DNA of 64,000 nucleotides from Ranitomeya imitator (GCF_032444005.1 NC_091289.1:7192001-7256000); one strand, 5' to 3'; shown: positions 24,885 through 37,481, counted from the first letter of the stretch. Program-made: numbers and translations. Notes: a model not told the origin generated them from the sequence alone.

Positions 24885-27800
24885 GGGCCCCCCCATAACA
24901 ACACAGCGCCAACCATAGACCTCCCCCAATAACAGCGCCAACCATAGACCTCCCCCAATAACAGCGCCAACCATAGACCTCCCCCAATAACAGCGCCAAC
25001 CATAGACCTCCCCCAATAACAGCGCCAACCATAGACCTCCCCCAATAACAGCGCCAACCATAGACCTCCCCCAATAACAGCGCCAACCATAGACCTCCCC
25101 CAATAACAGCGCCAACCATAGACCTCCCCCAATAACAGCGCCAACCATAGACCTCCCCCAATAACAGCGCCAACCATAGACCTCCCCCAATAACAGCGCC
25201 AACCATAGACCTCCCCCAATAACAGCGCCAACCATAGACCTCCCCCAATAACAGCGCCAACCATAGACCTCCCCCAATAACAGCGCCAACCATAGACCTC
25301 CCCCAATAACAGTGCCAGCCATAGACCTCCCCCAATAACTGCCATTCATAGACCTCCCCCAATAACAGCGCCAACCATAGACCTCCCCCAATAACAGCGC
25401 CAACCATAGACCTCCCCCAATAACAGCGCCAACCATAGACCTCCCCCAATAACAGCGCCAACCATAGACCTCCCCCAATAACAGCGCCAACCATAGACCT
25501 CCCCCAATAACAGCGCCAACCATAGACCTCCCCCAATAACAGCGCCATCCATAGACCTCCCCCAATAACAGCGCCAACCATAGACCTCCCCCAATAACAG
25601 CGCCATCCATAGACCTCCCCCAATAACAGTGCCAACCATAGACCTCCCCCAATAACAGCGCCATCCATAGACCTCCCCCAATAACAGTGCCAGCCATAGA
25701 CCTCCCCCAATAACTGCCATTCATAGACCTCCCCCAATGATAGTGCCATCCATAAAGCCCCCAATAACAGTGCCATCCGTAGACCTCCCCCAATAACAGC
25801 GCCAACCACAGAGCCCCCAATAACAGTGCCAGCCATAGACCTCCCCCAATGACAGCGCCATCGATAGAGCCCCCAATAACAGCGCCATCCATAGACCTCC
25901 CCCAATAACAGTGCCATCCATAGACCTCCCCCCAACAACAGCGCCATCCATAGACCTCCCCCAATAACAGTGCCATCCGTAGACCTCCAATAACAGTGCC
26001 ATCCGTAGACCTCCCCCAATAACAGTGCCATTCATAGACCTCCCCCAATAACAGCGCCAACCATAGAGCCCTCAATAACAGCGCCATCCATAGACCTCCC
26101 CCAATAACAGCGCCATCCATAGACCTCCCCCAATAACAGTGCCATCCATAGACCTCCCCCAATGACAGCGTCATCCATAGAGCCCCCAATAACAGCGCCA
26201 TCCATAGACCTCCCCCAATAACAGCGCCATCCATAGACCTCCCCCAATAACAGCGCCAACCATAGACCTCCCCCAATGACAGTGCCATCCATAGACCTCC
26301 CCCAATAACAGTGCCATCCATAGACCTCCCCAATAACAGCGCCATCCATAGACCTCCCCCAATAACAGTGCCAACCATAGACCTCCCCCAATAACAGTGC
26401 CAACCATAGACCTCCCCCAATGACAGCGCCAACCATAGACCTCCCCCAATAACAGCGCCATCCGTAGACCTCCCCCAATAAGAGTGCCATCCATAGACCT
26501 CCCCCAATAACAGCGCCATCCATAGAGCCCCCAATAACAGTGCCAACCATAGACCTCCCCCAATAACAGTGCCAACCATAGAGCCCCCCAATAACAGTGC
26601 CAGCCATAGACCTCCCCCAATAACTGCCATTCATAGACCTCCCCCAATGATATTGGGGGCTTTATGGATGGCACTATCATTGGGGGAGGTCTATGAATGG
26701 CAGTTATTGGGGGAGGTCTATGGCTGGCACTGTTATTGGGGGGCTCTATGGTTGGCACTGTTATTGGGGGAGGTCTATGGTTGGCACTGTTATTGGGGGA
26801 GGTCTACGGATGGCACTGTTATTGGGGGCTTTATGGATGGCACTAACAGTGCCATCCGTAGACCTCCCCCAATAACAGCGCCATCCATAGACCTCCCCCA
26901 ATAACAGCGCCAACCATAGACCTCCCCCAACAACAGCGCCATCCATAGACCTCCCCCAATAACAGTGCCAACCATAGAGCCCCCAATAACAGTGCCAGCC
27001 ATAGACCTCCCCCAATGACAGCGCCATCGATAGAGCCCCCAATAACAGCGCCATCCATAGACCTCCCCCAATAACAGTGCCATCCATAGACCTCCCCCCA
27101 ACAACAGCGCCATCCATAGACCTCCCCCAATAACAGTGCCATCCGTAGACCTCCAATAACAGTGCCATCCGTAGACCTCCCCAATAACAGTGCCATTCGT
27201 AGACCTCCCCCAATAACAGCGCCAACCATAGAGCCCCCAATAACAGCGCCATCCATAGACCTCCCCCAATAACAGCGCCATCCATAGACCTCCCCCAATA
27301 ACAGTGCCATCCATAGACCTCCCCCAATGACAGCGCCATCCATAGAGCCCCCAATAACAGCGCCATCCATAGACCTCCCCCAATAACAGCGCCATCCATA
27401 GACCTCCCCCAATAACAGCGCCAACCATAGACCTCCCCCAATGACAGTGCCATCCATAGACCTCCCCCAATAACAGTGCCATCCATACACCTCCCCAATA
27501 ACAGCGCCATCCATAGACCTCCCCCAATAACAGTGCCATCCGTAGACCTCCCCCAATAACAGTGCCATCCATAGACCTCCCCCAATAAGAGTGCCATCCA
27601 TAGACCTCCCCCAATAACAGCGCCATCCGTAGACCTCCCCCAATAACAGCGCCATCCGTAGACCTCCCCCAATAACAGCGCCATCCGTAGACCTCCCCCA
27701 ATAACAGTGCCAACCATAGAGCCCCCAATAACAGTGCCAGCCATAGACCTCCCCCAATGACAGCGCCATCCATAGACCTCCCCCAATAACAGCGCCATCC

Positions 27801-28600
27801 GTAGACCTCCCCCAATAACAGCGCCATCCGTAGACCTCCCCCAATAACAGTGCCATCCATAGACCTCCCCCAATAACAGCGCCATCCGTAGACCTCCCCC
27901 AATAACAGCGCCATCCGTAGACCTCCCCCAATAACAGCGCCATCCGTAGACCTCCCCCAATAACAGTGCCAACCATAGAGCCCCCAATAACAGTGCCAGC
28001 CATAGACCTCCCCCAATGACAGCGCCATCCATAGACCTCCCCCAATAACAGCGCCATCCGTAGACCTCCCCCAATAACAGCGCCATCCGTAGACCTCCCC
28101 CAATAACAGTGCCAACCATAGAGCCCCCAATAACAGTGCCAGCCATAGACCTCCCCCAATGACAGCGCCATCCATAGACCTCCCCCAATAACAGCGCCAT
28201 CCGTAGACCTCCCCCAATAACAGCGCCATCCGTAGACCTCCCCCAATAACAGTGCCAACCATAGAGCCCCCAATAACAGTGCCATCCATAGACCTCCCCC
28301 AATAAGAGTGCCATCCGTAGACCTCCCCCAATAACAGCGCCATCCGTAGACCTCCCCCAATAACAGCGCCATCCGTAGACCTCCCCCAATAACAGTGCCA
28401 ACCATAGAGCCCCCAATAACAGTGCCATCCATAGACCTCCCCCAATAAGAGTGCCATCCATAGACCTCCCCCAATAACAGCGCCATCCGTAGACCTCCCC
28501 CAATAACAGCGCCATCCGTAGACCTCCCCCAATAACAGCGCCATCCATAGACCTCCCCCAATAACAGCGCCATCCGTAGACCTCCCCCAATAACAGTGCC
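24885..28600. repeat. 29-bp minisatellite, about 125 copies, filling SETMAR intron 1, with an internal inverted block
   Basis: Unit aataacagcgccaaccatagacctccccc; 29-aa periodicity; inverted segment at 26651-26845. Confidence 0.97.
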
Positions 28601-29040
28601 AGATATTTTAGTGTTTTTTCATCTTCCTGTTGAATACTGGACCCTATGCCCTGATCTCAGCATGTGAATACGACCCATCACCGTCCTCACACAGGAGGCT
28701 CCTCCCACTGAGGGGTAATCAGAAGGATTAGTTTTAATAGGAGTGGACAATCCCACTGTAAGTATGGGGGATATGGGGGTCATGGGGGTCTCTGGCTGGA
28801 AGCAGGCTGGACCATGGGGGGGGACGACGTGAACGGATCTGTACAAGAAACCATTGTCTTACACGACCCAAAACATTACTGCGCCAACACTACTGCTGCC
28901 TGCAATGGAGAAAGCAAAAACCCGGCCCCGGAGCAATATAACAGGACTGCACTGATAGAACCCGTCTCTGCATTTTCTAGATCTCTGCTGCTGTCAGTGA
29001 ATAGAAGTATTCCTATTTGTATCCCACAGACCTAAACTTC

Positions 29041-29167
29041 TCACAGCTGAGGGTTTGTTACAGGTCAATCATCAGCAGCGCATGTCTCTTGTTTGTTACA
29101 TTGTATCAGTCCGCAGTACAGGATTGTCTATAGACTGGATACAATTGTCACAAATCCTCAGCTGTGA
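29041..29167. mobile_element. 127-bp palindromic mini-element (MITE-like)
   Basis: tcacagctgagggtttgttaca ... tgtcacaaatcctcagctgtga; no clear TSD. Confidence 0.55.
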
Positions 29168-29482
29168 TCCACATGAGGTCGGGGCAGGTCTTCACTGACA
29201 GCGAGGAGGAATCTTGGAATTAGTGAGGAATGGAAACACCCAGGAATGAATTCGTGATTCCATTTGCGTCATTATTTGGTGGATTTTTTCGCTTTTGCGC
29301 TGTTGACAGTTGGTAAAATCCTGCCCAGCGTTAATGATGACTCATCACATCGTGTAAGAGTTTTATAAATCTGATGCAAGGGGCGGGGCCATGACAGCAG
29401 GGCGGAGCTACGATAGCGGGGGCGGGGAAAGGATGGTGATGGCAGCTGGGCTTTGTAGTGTCTCATGTCTCTTCTTGCACAG

Positions 29483-30250
29483 TACTCCGCAGAGCTGGTT
29501 GCCGGTCCCGGCGCAGAGTTGGACCCGAGTGAAGTCACCGTCCAGGGCTGTGAGTGTCAGGAGCCGCACTGCACGCCGGGGAAGTGCGCCTGCCTCCCTC
29601 ATGGCGAGAATTACCGCCACCGCCGGCTGCTCAGTGCCCAGAAGCCCGTCCTGGAATGTAACGTCTTGTGCCGCTGCGGTGACTCCTGTGCCAACCGAGA
29701 AACGCAGCGAGGACTGCAGTACCAGCTCCATGTGCGCCCGGTACCAGGGAAGGGCTGGGGCCTCTGCACCCAGGAGAGCGTGCCCAGCGGGCGCTTTGTC
29801 TGTGAGTATGCGGGCGAGGTCCTGGGGCCAGAGGAGGCGCGGCGCAGGATAAGGGTGCAGGACCCCAAATCCAATAACTACATCATTGCTGTACGAGAGC
29901 ACCTGCACAGCGGGCACGTCCTGGAGACATTCGTGGACCCCACCTATGTGGGCAACATTGGGAGGTTTCTGAATCATTCGTGCCAGCCTAACCTGGTTAT
30001 GGTGCCGGTCCGTACCCACTCCATGGTGCCCAGGCTGGCGCTGTTCGCTGCCCGGGACATACAGGCCGGGGAGGAGTTGTGCTACGATTATTCAGGAATG
30101 GCGTTTAATTTTACTCCGGACAGTGAGAGGCAAAGCGGGCACCGGCACGGCACAGAAAGCAGAAGCCAACGCAAGAAGTGTCTGTGCGGCACTGCCCCCT
30201 GCTCGGGGTATCTGCCCTATGATGCCACGCTCTATAAAACGGTGACATGA
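29483..30250 (+). CDS. SETMAR: SETMAR coding exon 2: pre-SET, SET and post-SET domains, ending in TGA
   Basis: Acceptor cttcttgcacAG|TAC. GCECQEPHC..C.C pre-SET, ECNVLCRCGDSCANR, GWGL, FVCEYAGE, NYIIAVREH, RFLNHSCQPN, ELCYDY, post-SET CLCGTAPC. Confidence 0.96.
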   Translation, partial: YSAELVAGPGAELDPSEVTVQGCECQEPHCTPGKCACLPHGENYRHRRLLSAQKPVLECNVLCRCGDSCANRETQRGLQYQLHVRPVPGKGWGLCTQESVPSGRFVCEYAGEVLGPEEARRRIRVQDPKSNNYIIAVREHLHSGHVLETFVDPTYVGNIGRFLNHSCQPNLVMVPVRTHSMVPRLALFAARDIQAGEELCYDYSGMAFNFTPDSERQSGHRHGTESRSQRKKCLCGTAPCSGYLPYDATLYKTVT

Positions 30251-30254
30251 GTAG

Positions 30255-30940
30255 ACTGGTGCCCGCTGCACCGACTGTGCCCCGGTACGTCTGCCTGCTG
30301 CATCAACTGTGCCCCGGTACGCACACACGCTGCACCAACTGTGCCCCGATACGTCTGCTGCATCAACTGTGCCCCGGTACGCACACACGCTGCACCGACT
30401 GTGCCCCGGTACGTCTGCCCGCTGCACCGACTGTGCCCCGATACGTCTGCCCGCTGCACCGACTGTGCCCCGATACGTCTGCCCGCTGCACCGACTGTGC
30501 CCCGATACGTCTGCCCGCTGCACCGACTGTGCCCCGATACGTCTGCCCGCTGCACCGACTGTCCCCCGATACGTCTGCCCGCTGCACCGACTGTGCCCCG
30601 ATACGTCTGCCCGCTGCACCGACTGTCCCCCGATACGTCTGCCCGCTGCACCGACTGTGCCCCGATACGTCTGCCCGCTGCACCGACTGTGCCCCGATAC
30701 GTCTGCCCGCTGCACCGACTGTGCCCCGATACGTCTGCCCGCTGCACCGACTGTCCCCCGATACGTCTGCCCGCTGCACCGACTGTGCCCCGATACGTCT
30801 GCCCGCTGCACCGACTGTCCCCCGATACGTCTGCCCGCTGCACCGACTGTGCCCCGATACGTCTGCCCGCTGCACCGACTGTGCCCCGATACGTCTGCCC
30901 GCTGCACCGACTGTGCCCCGATACGTCTGCCCGCTGCACC
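30255..30940. repeat. 32-bp minisatellite, about 21 copies, directly after the SETMAR stop
   Basis: Unit ccgctgcaccgactgtgccccgatacgtctgc. Confidence 0.96.
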
Positions 30941-31364
30941 CTGGACCAGAATCTGAGATTTTGTGGGTGATGGATACAATCTCAGGAACTGACAGATGTT
31001 GCATCTGTTCACAATCCTGTGGAAGATCTGAGGTCATCCGTCACTTGTATTTTGTACAATTAAAATCTGTGAGAAATTTGGTGCGATTTTTTTTTTTCTC
31101 TGCAGTTCTATCCTATTCCGGGACAGTCCCTGCAGAGGAGGATGTGGGGCTCATCCTCTCCTCCTCCCCGGCTGCGCAGTGAATGCCTCGTCCTCGCGTC
31201 TTTGTTCCCGCATACAATGTGTGTCTCGTCCTGCAGTGGGCAGATCCCGCAGCTGCAGCTCTTCTTCCGAGTTTATTATAGCACCGCAGGCGGGAACATT
31301 TCCGCCCCCAGAAGTCGCTTTATCTCGTCCCCCTCCCCCGCCACAAATACAGCCAGATAGAGAA

Positions 31365-31377
31365 AATAAAGTTTATT
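31365..31377. terminator. Back-to-back polyadenylation signals: AATAAA (+, 31365-70) and AATAAA (-, 31377-72)
   Basis: Sequence AATAAAgTTTATT between the convergent SETMAR and SUMF1 stops; GU-rich tract downstream on the minus strand. Confidence 0.6.
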
Positions 31378-31471
31378 CACCGTTCTGTACAGAAATGAGA
31401 GATTTTCATTGGTCCGCAGAGGGAGCCCCGGATCGGTCCGTGCAGAGCCCTGGTTATCAGCGGTCCCTGCG

Positions 31472-31570
31472 TTACCTGCCGCTCGCAGCGCAGCGGAAGC
31501 CGAGGTTGGAGGAGGCGCTGTCGGGGGTGTTCTGACTGCGAGCGGCGCAGCGATATCTGTAGCAGTAAGA
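31472..31570 (-). CDS. SUMF1: SUMF1 exon 9 (last coding)
   Basis: Acceptor ttctccacAG; [32 protein letters not shown]. Confidence 0.96.
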   Translation of the reverse strand, partial: SYCYRYRCAARSQNTPDSASSNLGFRCAASGR

Positions 31571-32125
31571 CTGTGGAGAAAGGAAATCATATATAAACCA
31601 TGGCGGCGCGTCCATCATAACAAGCAATCAGCGCCGTCAGGGTGGGATCCCCTCCTCCCTCGCGCACTTTCATTGCTTTGTCGCCTTTTTCACCATCTCT
31701 GCCTCCTGCCAGTGAATGTGCACTCATTTTCAGCCAGAGGATGGAACACCATCCTGACTTAATATGAAGGATTTGTTACAGTGTGTCGGTGAAGGGAAAA
31801 GCTCTGGAGTTCAGGAGAGATTTTCGTTCTTCGGCCGAGTGCTCACATCTCCGCACACTGTAACAAAGCTTCTGCTGCGAGAGCAGGACTGGGCTTTACG
31901 AAAAGACTGTGGGCCAACATGGAAAGGCAGACCCTGCTCCTATCCTGCACGGCGCATGCTATGGAAGGGTGGCGCCTCCTGTTCGGGTTCCACTGTATTC
32001 TAGGACCCATCATCGGCCGCGGAGCAGAAAAAGCCGCGTCTGTGACGCCCAGCACAAGATCGGTGCAGCACGGATTTATAAGGGGACGGTCGTGTGATCT
32101 TGGGTCTCACCATGCAGAGGTCTAT

Positions 32126-32368
32126 GGCGGAGGCCATCAGTATAGAGGGCGGAGGCCATCAGTATGGAGGGCGGAGGCCATCAGTATGGAGGGCGGAGGC
32201 CATCAGTATGGAGGGCGGAGGCCATCAGTATGGAGGGCGGAGGTCATCAGTATGGAGGGCGGAGGCCATCAGTATGGAGGGCGGAGGCCATCAGTATGGA
32301 GGGCGGAGGTCATCAGTATGGAGAACGGAGGTTATAAGTATGGAGGACGGAGGCCATCAGTATGGAGG
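32126..32368. repeat. 22-bp minisatellite, about 11 copies (SUMF1 intron 8)
   Basis: Unit ggagggcggaggccatcagtat. Confidence 0.93.
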
Positions 32369-32394
32369 GTGCCAACCCCCCCCCCCACAGATAT

Positions 32395-32803
32395 ACTGTA
32401 TATCACAAAAGTGAGTACACCCCTGACATTTTGTAGATATTTTATTCTCTTTTCCTGGGACAACGCTGCAGATCTGACTGTGATACAATGTGCAGTATTT
32501 AGTGTGCGGCTCGTATCACAGTGTAAATAACTAATCACCGCCATTAATATGTACAACGCTGACAGCAAAAGTGAGTACACCCCTAAGGGAAAATGGCCAA
32601 ACTGCCCCCATAGTGTGAATATTTTGTGTGGCCACCATTGTTTTCTGCCTTGGTTTAGCCATTAATGGCGGTGATTAGTTATTTACACTGTGATACGAGC
32701 CGCACACTGAATACTGCACATTGTATCACAGTCAGATCTGCAGCGCTGTCCCAGGAACAGATATAATAAAATATCTACTAAATGTCAGGGGTGTACTCAC
32801 TTT
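32395..32803. mobile_element. Internally deleted Tc1 IR/DR derivative (TIRs only)
   Basis: About 145-bp inverted arms (32407-32550 vs 32661-32803); direct repeat caaaagtgagtacacccct at the outer end and again near 32566. Confidence 0.75.
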
Positions 32804-32823
32804 ACATACATCCGATGTCTCAC

Positions 32824-32883
32824 CTTGTGGCACATGTAGGACCCTCCTTTCTTCACTTTGTCCTTTCCTGAGCTCGGACCCTT
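32824..32883 (-). CDS. SUMF1: SUMF1 exon 8
   Basis: AG|KGPSSGKDKVKKGGSYMCHK|GTGAGA; 60 nt; contains the catalytic SYMC motif. Confidence 0.96.
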
Positions 32884-33338
32884 CTGTACAAGAAACACAG
32901 TGAGTTACAGACCCCCGAGGAAGCGGCAAGAACTAAACAGTAAATTCCTTGGAAAAGGAGGAAATGCATGAGATGATGCATGATCCATCGTCAGGGCAGA
33001 TTTCTACATAGATCTGAGCTCTAAGAGCAGAGCTGCGGTGTAAAGCATGGGGAACAAGCAGCTCCAGCTTCTGATGGGAAAGGAGATGGATTGTAAACTA
33101 ACCAGACGACATCTTCAGTGCGGCTGTACAGTGTAATTCTAACTGAACTATTAGAGCGGCGCTGCACTGTAAAGCATGGACGGCCGCAGATAAGACAGGA
33201 GATAACTAGTCACAGATCAGGGCCAGGATGTAATAAAGCAAAGATGCAGTGTAAAGCAGGGAGGCTCAGCTGAGCAGAGACGGAGCAGCTCTGCTGGAGA
33301 CACAGATCTTACAGCAGGTAGAGAAGGATCCTGCTCAC

Positions 33339-33452
33339 CGGGTCGTGCGCCTCGTCGGCCGCGTGCTGCGTGCCCCACCAGTCCGATGTCCATTCCCAGG
33401 CGTTTCCCACCATATTGTGGAGGCCATAACTGTTCGGAGGAAACGCGGTCAC
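33339..33452 (-). CDS. SUMF1: SUMF1 exon 7
   Basis: [38 protein letters not shown]; AG/GT flanks; 114 nt. Confidence 0.96.
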
Positions 33453-33527
33453 CTGGAGGAAAGAAGACGCAGAAATGACGCAGCTACCGAGATCAGAGGA
33501 AAAGTGATAGCGAGCGCGGAGACTCAC

Positions 33528-33642
33528 CGGACACGTCTGCACGTAGCCGTCCGCACCAGTGTTCCTATCGGGGAAGTCTCCCTGCCAGACATTGGCATAA
33601 TGTTCTCCCTTTGGCTCCAACTTGTTTCCCCAAGGGAAAAGT
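33528..33642 (-). CDS. SUMF1: SUMF1 exon 6
   Basis: (R)[38 protein letters not shown]|GTGAGT; 115 nt. Confidence 0.96.
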
Positions 33643-34106
33643 CTGATGAAAAAATACAATCAATGCCCAATACAAAGTAACTAGGAAGGGGTAAAGCCTC
33701 CAAATACAACAGCGAATACAATCCACAGAGGTGCAAACATAGGAGGAGACCCCCGAGGAAACATGCGTCACCGAGTGTCCCACCGGCCAGCACCCCCACT
33801 AAATCATATATCAGGATATCACTGAGAACGATCAATCAGGAGCTGATACATCATAGATACACGAATAAATGAAATCAGTAACAAGGATAATTAGGCGGAT
33901 CAATGCTCGGACGACAGCATCCTGCGCTACATGGGAAATGGGATCCTATTTATAGACTTAACACATTCACAGATCTGGAGATAAAGAGGAAAATCTTGTA
34001 AAAGAAAAATAAGATCCATTATTAACCCACAAATTGTGTAGACTCCGGCACCAAGAACATTGTCACCCATCCTGGGACTCCTCAATTATCGAATGGATCA
34101 TAAACT

Positions 34107-37100
34107 ATAATACTGCCTCTGTGTATAGGAATATAACTACTATAATACTGCTCCTATGTACAAGAACATAACTATTATAATACTGCCCCATGTACAAGAA
34201 TATAACTACTATAATACTGCTCCTATGTACAAGAATATAACTACTATAATACTGCCCCATGTACAAGAATATAGCTACTATAATACTGCCCCTATGTACA
34301 AGAATATAACTACTATAATACTGCCCCTATGTACAAGAATATAACTACTATAATACTGCCCCATGTACAAGAATATAACTACTATAATACTGCTCCTATG
34401 TACAAGAACATAACTATTATAATACTGCCCCATGTACAAGAATATAACTACTATAATACTGCCCCATGTACAAGAATATAACTACTATAATACTGCTCCT
34501 ATGTACAAGAACATAACTATTATAATACTGCCCCATGTACAAGAATATAACTACTATAATACTGCCCCATGTACAAGAATATAGCTACTATAATACTGCC
34601 CCTATGTACAAGAATATAACTACTATAATACTGCCCCTATGTACAAGAATATAACTACTATAATACTGCCCGATGTACAAGAATATAGCTACTATAATAC
34701 TGCTCCTATGTACAAGAATATAACTACTATAATACTGCCCCTATGTACAAGAACATAACTATTATAATACTGCCCCATGTACAAGAATATAACTACTATA
34801 ATACTGCTCCTATGTACAAGAATATAACTACTATAATACTGCCCCTATGTACAAGAATATAACTACTATAATACTGCTCCTATGTACAAGAACATAACTA
34901 TTATAATACTGCCCCATGTACAAGAATATAACTACTATAATACTGCCCCTATGTACAAGAATATAACTACTATAATACTGCTCCTATGTACAAGAACATA
35001 ACTATTATAATACTGCCCCATGTACAAGAATATAACTACTATAATACTGCTCCTATGTACAAGAACATAACTATTATAATACTGCCCCATGTACAAGAAT
35101 ATAGCTACTATAATACTGCCCCTATGTACAAGAATATAACTACTATAATACTGCCCCTATGTACAAGAATATAACTACTATAATACTGCTCCTATGTACA
35201 AGAATATAACTACTATAATACTGCTCCTATATACAAGAATATAACTACTATAATACTGCTCCTATGTACAAGAATATAACTACTATAATACTGCCCCTAT
35301 GTACAAGAATATAACTACTATAATACTGCTCCTATGTACAAGAATATAACTACTATAATACTGGACCTATGTACAAGAATATAACTACTATAATACTGCT
35401 CCTATGTACAAGAAGATAACTACTATAATACTGCTCCTATGTACAAGAATATAACTACTATAATACTGCTCCTATATACAAGAATATAACTACTATAATA
35501 CTGCTCCTATGTACAAGAATATAACTACTATAATACTGCTCCTATGTACAAGAATATAACTACTATAATACTGCCCCTATGTACAAGAATATAACTACTA
35601 TAATACTGCTCCTATGTACAAGAATATACTAGCATACTGCCCCTATGTACAAGAATATAACCTATAATACTGCCCCCTATATACAAGAATATAACTACTA
35701 TAATAGTGCCCCTATGTACAAGAATATAACTACTATAATACTGCTCCTATGTACAAGAATATAACTACTATAATACTGCCCCCTATGTACAAGAATATAA
35801 CTACTATAATACTGCCCCTATGTACAAGAATATAACTACTATAATACTGCCCCTATGTACAAGAATATAACTACTATAATACTGCCCCTATGTACAAGAA
35901 TATAACTACTATAATACTGCCCCTATGTACAAGAATATAACTACTATAATGCTGCCCCCTATGTACAAGAATATAACTTCTATAATACTGCCCCTATGTA
36001 TAAGAATATAACTACTATAATGCTGCCCCCTATGTACAAGAATATAACTACTGTAATACTGCCCTTATGTATAAGAATATAACTACTATAATACTGCTCA
36101 TCTGTACAAGAATATAACTACTATAATACTGCTCCTATGTACAAGAATATAACTACTAGAATACTGCCCCTATGTACAATAATATAACTACTATAATACT
36201 GCCCCTATGTACAAGAATATAACTACTGTAATACTGCCCCTATGTATAAGAATATAACTACTATAATACTGCTCATCTGTACAAGAATATAACTACTATA
36301 ATACTGCTCCTATGTACAAGAATATAACTACTATAATACTGCCCATGTGTACAAGAATATAACTACTATAATACTGCTCCTATGTACAAGAATACAACTA
36401 CTATAATACTGTCCCTATATACAAGAATATCACTACTATAATATTGCCCCTATGTACAAGAATATAACTACTATAATACTGCTCCTATGTACAAGAATAT
36501 CACTACTATAATACTGCTCCTATGTACAAGAATATAACTACTATAATACTGCTCCTATGTACAAGAATATAACTACTATAATACTGCTCCTATGTACAAG
36601 AATATAACTACTATAATACTGCCCCTATGTACAAGAATATAACTACTATAATCCTGCTCCTATGTACAAGAATATAACTACTATAATACTGCTCCTATGT
36701 ACAAGAATATAACTACTATAATACTGCTCCTATGTACAAGAATATAACTACTATAATACTGCCCCATGTACAAGAATATAGCTACTATAATACTGCCCCT
36801 ATGTACAAGAATATAACTACTATAATACTGCTCCTATGTACAAGAATATTACTACTATAATGCTGCTCCTATGTACAAGAATATAACTACTATAATACTG
36901 CTCCTATGTACAAGAATATTACTACTATAATACTGCTCCTATGTACAAGAATATTACTACTATAATGCTGCTCCTATGTACAAGAATATAACTACTATAA
37001 TACTGCTCCTATGTACAAGAATATAACTACTATAATGCTGCTCCTATGTACAAGAATATAACTACTATAATGCTGCTCCTATGTACAAGAATATCACTAC

Positions 37101-37356
37101 TATAATACTGCTCCTATGTACAAGAATATTACTACTATAATGCTGCTCCTATGTACAAGAATATTACTACTATAATACTTTTCCTATGTACAAGAATATC
37201 ACTACTATAATACTGCTCCTATGAACAAGAATATAACTACTATAATACTGCTCCTATGAACAAGAATATAACTACTATAATACTGCTCCTATGTACAAGA
37301 ATATAACTACTATAATACTGCCCCTATGTACAAGAATATAACTACTATAATACTGT
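34107..37356. repeat. 35-bp AT-rich minisatellite, about 93 copies, filling most of SUMF1 intron 5
   Basis: Unit tatgtacaagaatataactactataatactgcccc. Confidence 0.97.
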
Positions 37357-37358
37357 AC

Positions 37359-37481
37359 CTGTTCTCTAGACCACCTCGACATGCATACTCCCATTCCCCC
37401 TCGGTTGGGAGCCGTTTCCCGGCCCAACTACAGAAGGCGGAGGCGTCGTTCCAGGACACGTGCAGAACAGGATGATCCATT
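37359..37481 (-). CDS. SUMF1: SUMF1 exon 5
   Basis: (R)[40 protein letters not shown](R)|GTACAG; 123 nt. Confidence 0.96.

Noticed and set aside
24779-28590. Gly/Trp-rich membrane-like ORFs
   Set aside because: They are 29-bp minisatellite translations, antisense within SETMAR intron 1.
15309-30250. Tc1 transposase-SET fusion analogous to primate SETMAR (same strand, upstream)
   Set aside because: The transposase has a stop at codon 19, a frameshift and a 4.2 kb insertion. SETMAR has its own CpG promoter and first exon, and I saw no evident donor. Only transposase-to-29483 junction reads would revive the idea.
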